This document shows, one piece after another, positions 34,635 through 34,739 of a stretch of DNA of 34,739 bases. The notes beneath the pieces were generated by a model. That model was not told the DNA's origin. It saw nothing but the letters and a program-made list of their open reading frames with translations, and did no database searches. The stretch is from Moniliella sp. 'wahieum'. Taxonomy: Eukaryota. How positions within the stretch are numbered: the first letter of the stretch is position 1; every line of letters starts with the position of its first letter. Made by a program: the position numbers and the translations under genes. The DNA lies in NCBI GenBank assembly GCA_003971905.1, contig RSEE01000040.1, forward strand, positions 558,001 through 592,739, read 5' to 3'.

Positions 34635-34739
34635 CTGCAAAGACCAAGAAACAAAAGCAAGTCAGGAAAACGAAGCATCATGAGGAGAGGGGACGAGGGG
34701 ACGAGCGCATGAGGGCGCGAGGGAGGTGTTAGGGTTAGG

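Noticed and set aside
34729..34739. TTAGGGTTAGG at the window end resembling a telomere repeat
   Set aside because: Under two units, and it lies inside the inferred medA intron, so the gene must continue beyond it.

Overview
GC-rich, intron-poor fungal genomic DNA, probably a basidiomycete of Ustilaginomycotina type (inferred from protein similarity recalled from memory and from short GT-AG introns with CTRAY branch sites). The assembly carries many 1-2 nt indels that break nearly every gene, so CDS boundaries are stitched across frames. Genes, left to right: Mkk1-like MAPKK with an unusual C-terminal extension (-), UTP21 (-), a basidiomycete hypothetical protein (+), dihydroorotase URA4 (-), VDAC/porin (+), mitochondrial NAD+ carrier (+), RSM22/METTL17 (-), RPA32/RFA2 (-), mitochondrial bL36 (-) and the 3' part of a MedA/Medusa regulator (-). 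Two retroelement graveyards are present: Ty1/copia remnants at ~10.7-14.7 kb, and a chromoviral Ty3/gypsy 3' end, a decayed ROT1 pseudogene and an 868-bp solo LTR with a 5-bp TSD at ~27.8-31.3 kb. The most unusual signal is non-coding: several intergenic islands follow a 7-bp grammar, TCA/TGA triplets separated by 4-bp spacers that vary in sequence but are usually self-complementary (TGCA, AGCT, GGCC, GATC, CATG, CTAG, GTAC, CGCG, TCGA).
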